DNA of 64,000 nt from an uncultured Acidobacteriota bacterium (lineage in GTDB: Bacteria > Acidobacteriota > Vicinamibacteria > Fen-336). The stretch spans positions 2,560,001 to 2,624,000 of the forward strand of contig OY970399.1 of NCBI GenBank assembly GCA_963720545.1, written 5' to 3'. The number at the start of each line of letters is the position of its first letter. Positions within the stretch are counted from its first letter, which is position 1. Shown one piece after another: positions 59,903-64,000 of this stretch. The position numbers and the translations under genes were made by a program. The notes beneath the pieces are model-generated. The model saw only the letters and a list, made by a program, of their open reading frames with translations, made no database searches and was not told where the DNA came from.

Positions 59903-61837
59903 ATGCCGATCGCGCGCACGGCGCTCTGCGGCGCCATCGCCGCGCTTGCCTGGTGGCTCCCGCCGCTGCGCGCGGCGGCCGTTTCGCTCGAGCCCGCGGT
60001 TGGCCCGGGCCTTTTTCTCATCGGGCTCGCCGGCGGCATCGCAGCACTCCTGGGCCGGCCGGCGCGCGGCCTGCAAGCGCGCATCCTGCGCATCGGCGGA
60101 CGCCACGGGTTGTGGCTTTGCGCCGCCTTGTTCCTGCTGCCGCTCTGGAGCCAGTGGTCGAGCCAGCCGCCCAGTGCCGTGAGCGCGCATACGGCGCTCT
60201 TCGGCGTGCTGCCGTGGGGCGATGCGACCGGCCACTACGAAGGCGGCGTGCGCCTCCTGGAGGAAGGCGAGTTCCGCACCTACAGCGCGCGCCGCCCACT
60301 GCACGCCTGCTGGCTGGCATTCCGCCTCGCGCTCGGCCGCGGCAGTGTGCCCTTCGCACTCGCGTTCCAGGCGCTGCTGCTGGGCGCCGCGGCGTTCCTG
60401 CTGTCGCGGTCGCTGGCACTGCGCTTCGGCGCCTGGCCTTCGGTCGCAGTGCTCGGTGCTTGTTACGCGCTCTCGCGTGATTACACACCGGCGGTGCTCA
60501 CCGAACCGATCGGCATCGTCTTCGGCTGTCTTGCGGCCGCTATCCTGCTCACCGCCCGCGCGCGGCGCGACCTCGGCACGCTGGCGCTCGGATTCTTCGC
60601 GCTCGAGATGGGCTTGCGCGCCCGGCCCGGCGCGCAGTTCCTGCTGCCGGCGCTCGCCGTTTGGGGCGTCGCGGCGTTTCCCGGGCGGCGCCTCAAGGCA
60701 GCGGGGGTCGTGGCTGCGGTGTTCCTGGCGGGCAGCCTGCACACCATGCTGCTGAACCAGCTCTACAGTTCGGGCGAAGCCACCTTCACGAGTCACGTCG
60801 CGCGCACTCTTTACGGGCTCGCCCGCGGCGGCAACTACGAACAGGCCGATGCCGACCTTGGCGCCGATGACACAAGGCCTGAGGCCGAGCAGGCGAGCGG
60901 CGTGTGGCGAGCGGCATTCGCCGAGATCGCGTCGCACCCGTCGGTCTTCCTGGGGTCGCTCGGGCACAACGAGTCGCGCTTCCTCTCGAAGACGCCGGTG
61001 ACGCTGAGCCAGGCGCTGAGCCCGCGGTGGCTGCTGCAGACGGCCGACGAGCGCATGCGGCCGACGTCCGCCGAGATCCGCCGCGACTACTGGTGGGGCG
61101 GGGCGCTGCTGCTGCTGGCCGCGGCATTGGCGGTGCTGCACCTCGCGCGCCGCGACCGCGCCAGCGCACTCTTCTGGGCGCTGGCGGCGGCCGGGGTGCT
61201 GGCGTCGGCGCCGTTCATCTACAGCGACACCGGTTTTCGCGCGCTCGCCCCGAGCTACCCGTTCATCGCAGCGTTCCTCGCCCTGGGCGCCGTGTCGAGA
61301 GTACGAGCACACCCGCAGGCGCAATCGCTGGACCACGCGGAGCGGACGTTGGTGCGCGCGTCGGGCGGCATCGCGCTTGCCGTCGCGGTGGTGGCCGCTA
61401 TCGGCCCGATGGCCGTGCGGCCGTTGTGGCCGCGAATGTCGTCGGGTGGAGCAGCGGCGGTCGAGGCGCTCGTGGACCTGCGCACGGCGCCGCTCGTGGT
61501 GATTCGCAATCCGCTGGAGGCCGCCGACTACGGCCGGCTGCGCACGCTCGACCGCCCCGACTTCCTGCGCCTCGTGCGCTACGCCGACCTCAAGGGCGAG
61601 CTGGGCCCGCTCACCCAGCGGCGCCCGCCGTTCGCGGTGCTGTCCTGCTACGAGAAGCGCAGCACCCGTGTCCACGTCTACGTCGCGCCCATCGAGATGG
61701 CGCAGGCGGGCGGCGTCGTCGCCATCACGGCGACGCCCTTCCCCGGCGACGGCAGCGAACAGTTCGAAGAGATCACGTCCTGGCACGTCATCGACGGATT
61801 GGCAGCAGTTCGCGTCCAATCCGTCGATTTCCGTTAG
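59903..61837 (+). CDS. Polytopic membrane protein (GT-C-like)
   Basis: PWGDA..Y, RRPL, LTEP, RPG motifs; more than ten TMs; last ~15 codons come from a repeat. Confidence 0.65.
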   Translation: MPIARTALCGAIAALAWWLPPLRAAAVSLEPAVGPGLFLIGLAGGIAALLGRPARGLQARILRIGGRHGLWLCAALFLLPLWSQWSSQPPSAVSAHTALFGVLPWGDATGHYEGGVRLLEEGEFRTYSARRPLHACWLAFRLALGRGSVPFALAFQALLLGAAAFLLSRSLALRFGAWPSVAVLGACYALSRDYTPAVLTEPIGIVFGCLAAAILLTARARRDLGTLALGFFALEMGLRARPGAQFLLPALAVWGVAAFPGRRLKAAGVVAAVFLAGSLHTMLLNQLYSSGEATFTSHVARTLYGLARGGNYEQADADLGADDTRPEAEQASGVWRAAFAEIASHPSVFLGSLGHNESRFLSKTPVTLSQALSPRWLLQTADERMRPTSAEIRRDYWWGGALLLLAAALAVLHLARRDRASALFWALAAAGVLASAPFIYSDTGFRALAPSYPFIAAFLALGAVSRVRAHPQAQSLDHAERTLVRASGGIALAVAVVAAIGPMAVRPLWPRMSSGGAAAVEALVDLRTAPLVVIRNPLEAADYGRLRTLDRPDFLRLVRYADLKGELGPLTQRRPPFAVLSCYEKRSTRVHVYVAPIEMAQAGGVVAITATPFPGDGSEQFEEITSWHVIDGLAAVRVQSVDFR

Positions 61838-63124
61838 TCCGTTGGCCAGGCGCTTCGCTTCCGCATCCGTTTCGATCTGCTGCTACTGTGTCCGGACACA
61901 GTTGGTGGACTGCGTCCGGACGCAGTTGACTATGTGTGTTGGGGATCCCCGTTTTCCCGAGGAGCTCAACGCTTGCGCTCGTCATCGACGGATTGGCAGT
62001 CGTTCGCGTCCAATCCGTCGATTTCCGTTAGTCCGTTCCCCAGGCGCTTGCGTCCGTGGAAGACGAAGGCTAAGGACCAACCGTCCCCGATCTGCTGCTA
62101 CTGCGTCCGGACACAGTAGCGCGAGCTTGGAGGCACGAAGGTCTGAGTAGCCCATGTCGTTGGCCGCGCTGCGAAGGGCCCGCAGGCGACGCTGGAACTC
62201 GTTCCGGAACGAGTTCCACCATCATTCGAGCCGACCGCATCAAGGCTGATGCGTTTTGGTCCTGGGCTTGGTGGACTGCGTCCGGACGCAGTTGACTATG
62301 TGCGTTGAGGGATCCCCGTTTTCCCGAGGAGCTCAACGCTTGCGCTCGTCATCGACGGATTGGCAGTCGTTCGCGTCCAATCCGTCGATTTCCGTTAGTC
62401 CGTTCCCCAGGCGCTTGCGTCCGTGGAAGACGAAGGCTAAGGACCAACCGTCCCCGATCTGCTGCTACTGCGTCCGGACACAGTAGCGCGAGCTTGGAGG
62501 CACGAAGGTCTGAGTAGCCCATGTCGTTGGCCGCGCTGCGAAGGGCCCGCAGGACGCTGGAACTCGTTCCGGAACGAGTTCCACCATCATTCGAGCCGAC
62601 CGCATCAAGCCTGATGCGTTTTGGTCCTGGGCTTGGTGGACTGCGTCTGGACGCAGTTGACTATGTGCGTTGGGGATCGCCGTTTTCCCGAGGAGCTCAA
62701 CGCTTGCGCTGCGACCGAGGGATCCACTGTGTCCGGACACAGCAGCGCGGGCGCGGAAGCCCGCGAACTCCGATACGGCGTTCCAGCGTCGCGGGACTGA
62801 AGGCTTTGTGCGTCTAGCAGTCCATTGACTGCTAGACGGCTGGAAAGTGATGGGATCCCCTCAGGATTTTGGGGAGAGGCCGCGGCGAGCAACTGCGTCC
62901 GGACGCAGTTGACTGTGTGCTTGGTCGGGGGCGGCAAGCGGTGGATCCTGCGCGCCAGCGCAAGCGATGGAAGCGCTCGCTAATTCGGGCTGGAACGTCC
63001 CGCGCGGAGGACCACTCGCCGGCCGCGGTAACAGGAGATCGGAACGGACGCTGACGGCAAGCTCTTAGGAAACGGAGCAAAGGAAATCGACGGATTGGAC
63101 GGGAACGACCGCCAATCCGTCGAT
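61790..63124. repeat. Mosaic palindromic repeat array (BIME/MITE-like) with ~366-bp tandem units and ~55-bp terminal inverted repeats
   Basis: Units start at 61902, 62268 and 62633. Hairpin A at 61790, 61984, 62351 and (inverted) 63086. Eight ACTGYGTCCGGACRCAG palindromes. A 26-bp palindrome at 62193 and 62558. Confidence 0.9.
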
Positions 63125-64000
63125 TACGCGGGCTGGGCGACGCTTGTTTCCTTGCGGAACAGCAGCGAGTCGCCCTTGGTCTCGACCATGATGTGGTCGC
63201 CTTCGGAGAAGCTGCCCGAGAGCACTTCCACCGCCAGCGGGTTCTCGATCATCCGCTGGATGGTGCGCTTCAGGGGACGGGCGCCGAAGCTCGGGTCGTA
63301 GCCGTTCTCGATCAGGCGCTGGCGTGCGCCGTCCGAGAGCTGCAGCGTGATCTTGCGTTCGGCGAGCCGCTTCTGCAGGTCGCGCAGCTGGATGTCCACG
63401 ATGCGGCCGATCTCCTCGCTGCCGAGGCTCTTGAACGTGACGATCTCGTCGATGCGGTTCAGGAACTCGGGGCGGAAGGTGCGCTTCAGCGCCTCGAGCA
63501 GCATCTGCTTGTCCTCGCGCGTCTCCTGCTTCGCCATCTCGGCGACCAGGTCGGAGGCGACGTTGCTCGTCATGATGATCACGGTGTTGCGGAAGTCGAC
63601 CGTGCGGCCCTTGCCGTCGGTGAGACGGCCGTCCTCGAGCACCTGCAGCAGGATGTTGAAGACGTCGCCGTGGGCCTTCTCGATCTCGTCGAACAGCACC
63701 ACCGCGTACGGGCGGCGGCGGATCGCCTCGGTGAGCTGGCCGCCTTCGTCGTAGCCGACGTAGCCGGGCGGCGCGCCGACCAGGCGCGAGACCGAATGCT
63801 TCTCCATGTATTCGGTCATGTCGATGCGCACCAGCGCCTGCTCGTCGTTGAAGAGGAACTCAGCGAGCGCGCGCGCCAGCTCGGTCTTGCCGACACCAGT
63901 CGGCCCCATGAAGAGGAAGGACCCCATGGGCCGCTTCGGGTCGCCGAGGCCCGCGCGCGAACGCCGCACCGCATTGGCGACGAGCAGCAGCGCTTCGTCC
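63124..64000 (-). CDS. clpB: ATP-dependent chaperone ClpB, C-terminal part (runs off window)
   Basis: [68 protein letters not shown]. ClpC cannot be fully excluded without the N-terminal half. Confidence 0.85.
   Translation of the reverse strand, partial: DEALLLVANAVRRSRAGLGDPKRPMGSFLFMGPTGVGKTELARALAEFLFNDEQALVRIDMTEYMEKHSVSRLVGAPPGYVGYDEGGQLTEAIRRRPYAVVLFDEIEKAHGDVFNILLQVLEDGRLTDGKGRTVDFRNTVIIMTSNVASDLVAEMAKQETREDKQMLLEALKRTFRPEFLNRIDEIVTFKSLGSEEIGRIVDIQLRDLQKRLAERKITLQLSDGARQRLIENGYDPSFGARPLKRTIQRMIENPLAVEVLSGSFSEGDHIMVETKGDSLLFRKETSVAQPA

Noticed and set aside
61788..63080. Short ORFs in the repeat array (e.g. 61934..62119, 62256..62486)
   Set aside because: They are translations of the repeat modules, with no RBS or coding-like composition.
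61790..63124. CRISPR array
   Set aside because: Sequences between the palindromes are themselves repeated rather than unique, spacing is irregular (24 to ~190 bp), and no cas genes are in the window.

Overview
Very GC-rich bacterial chromosomal window. The gene repertoire (DUF4388-type protein, several GT-C membrane glycosyltransferases, sulfatase-like lipoprotein, LigD) suggests Acidobacteriota/Vicinamibacteria; this is inference only. Contents in order: a galactoside/tagatose catabolic locus (1.1-10.2 kb), mgtE, fabH, a peroxiredoxin with an in-frame UGA at its catalytic Cys, phhA with a Tyr-rich leader-peptide attenuator, and thyA. Next comes a ~14 kb block with an 11-gene VirB/VirD4-like (type IV secretion-like) operon. 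It has no relaxase, integrase or VirB11 in the window, is divergent from a GAF-sigma54 activator plus Ser/Thr kinase, and is preceded by a -24/-12 promoter candidate. The rest holds ligD, housekeeping genes (lepB, lepA, acyl-CoA dehydrogenase), a ChlI-like AAA+/VWA pair, a 1.3 kb mosaic of palindromic repeats and the 3' part of clpB. Best new signals: the kinase/sigma54-associated relaxase-less T4SS-like system, the tyrosine-sensing attenuator, the probable selenoprotein with SECIS-like hairpin, and the TCCGGA-core palindrome repeat family. All family calls come from motifs read by eye; no searches were run.
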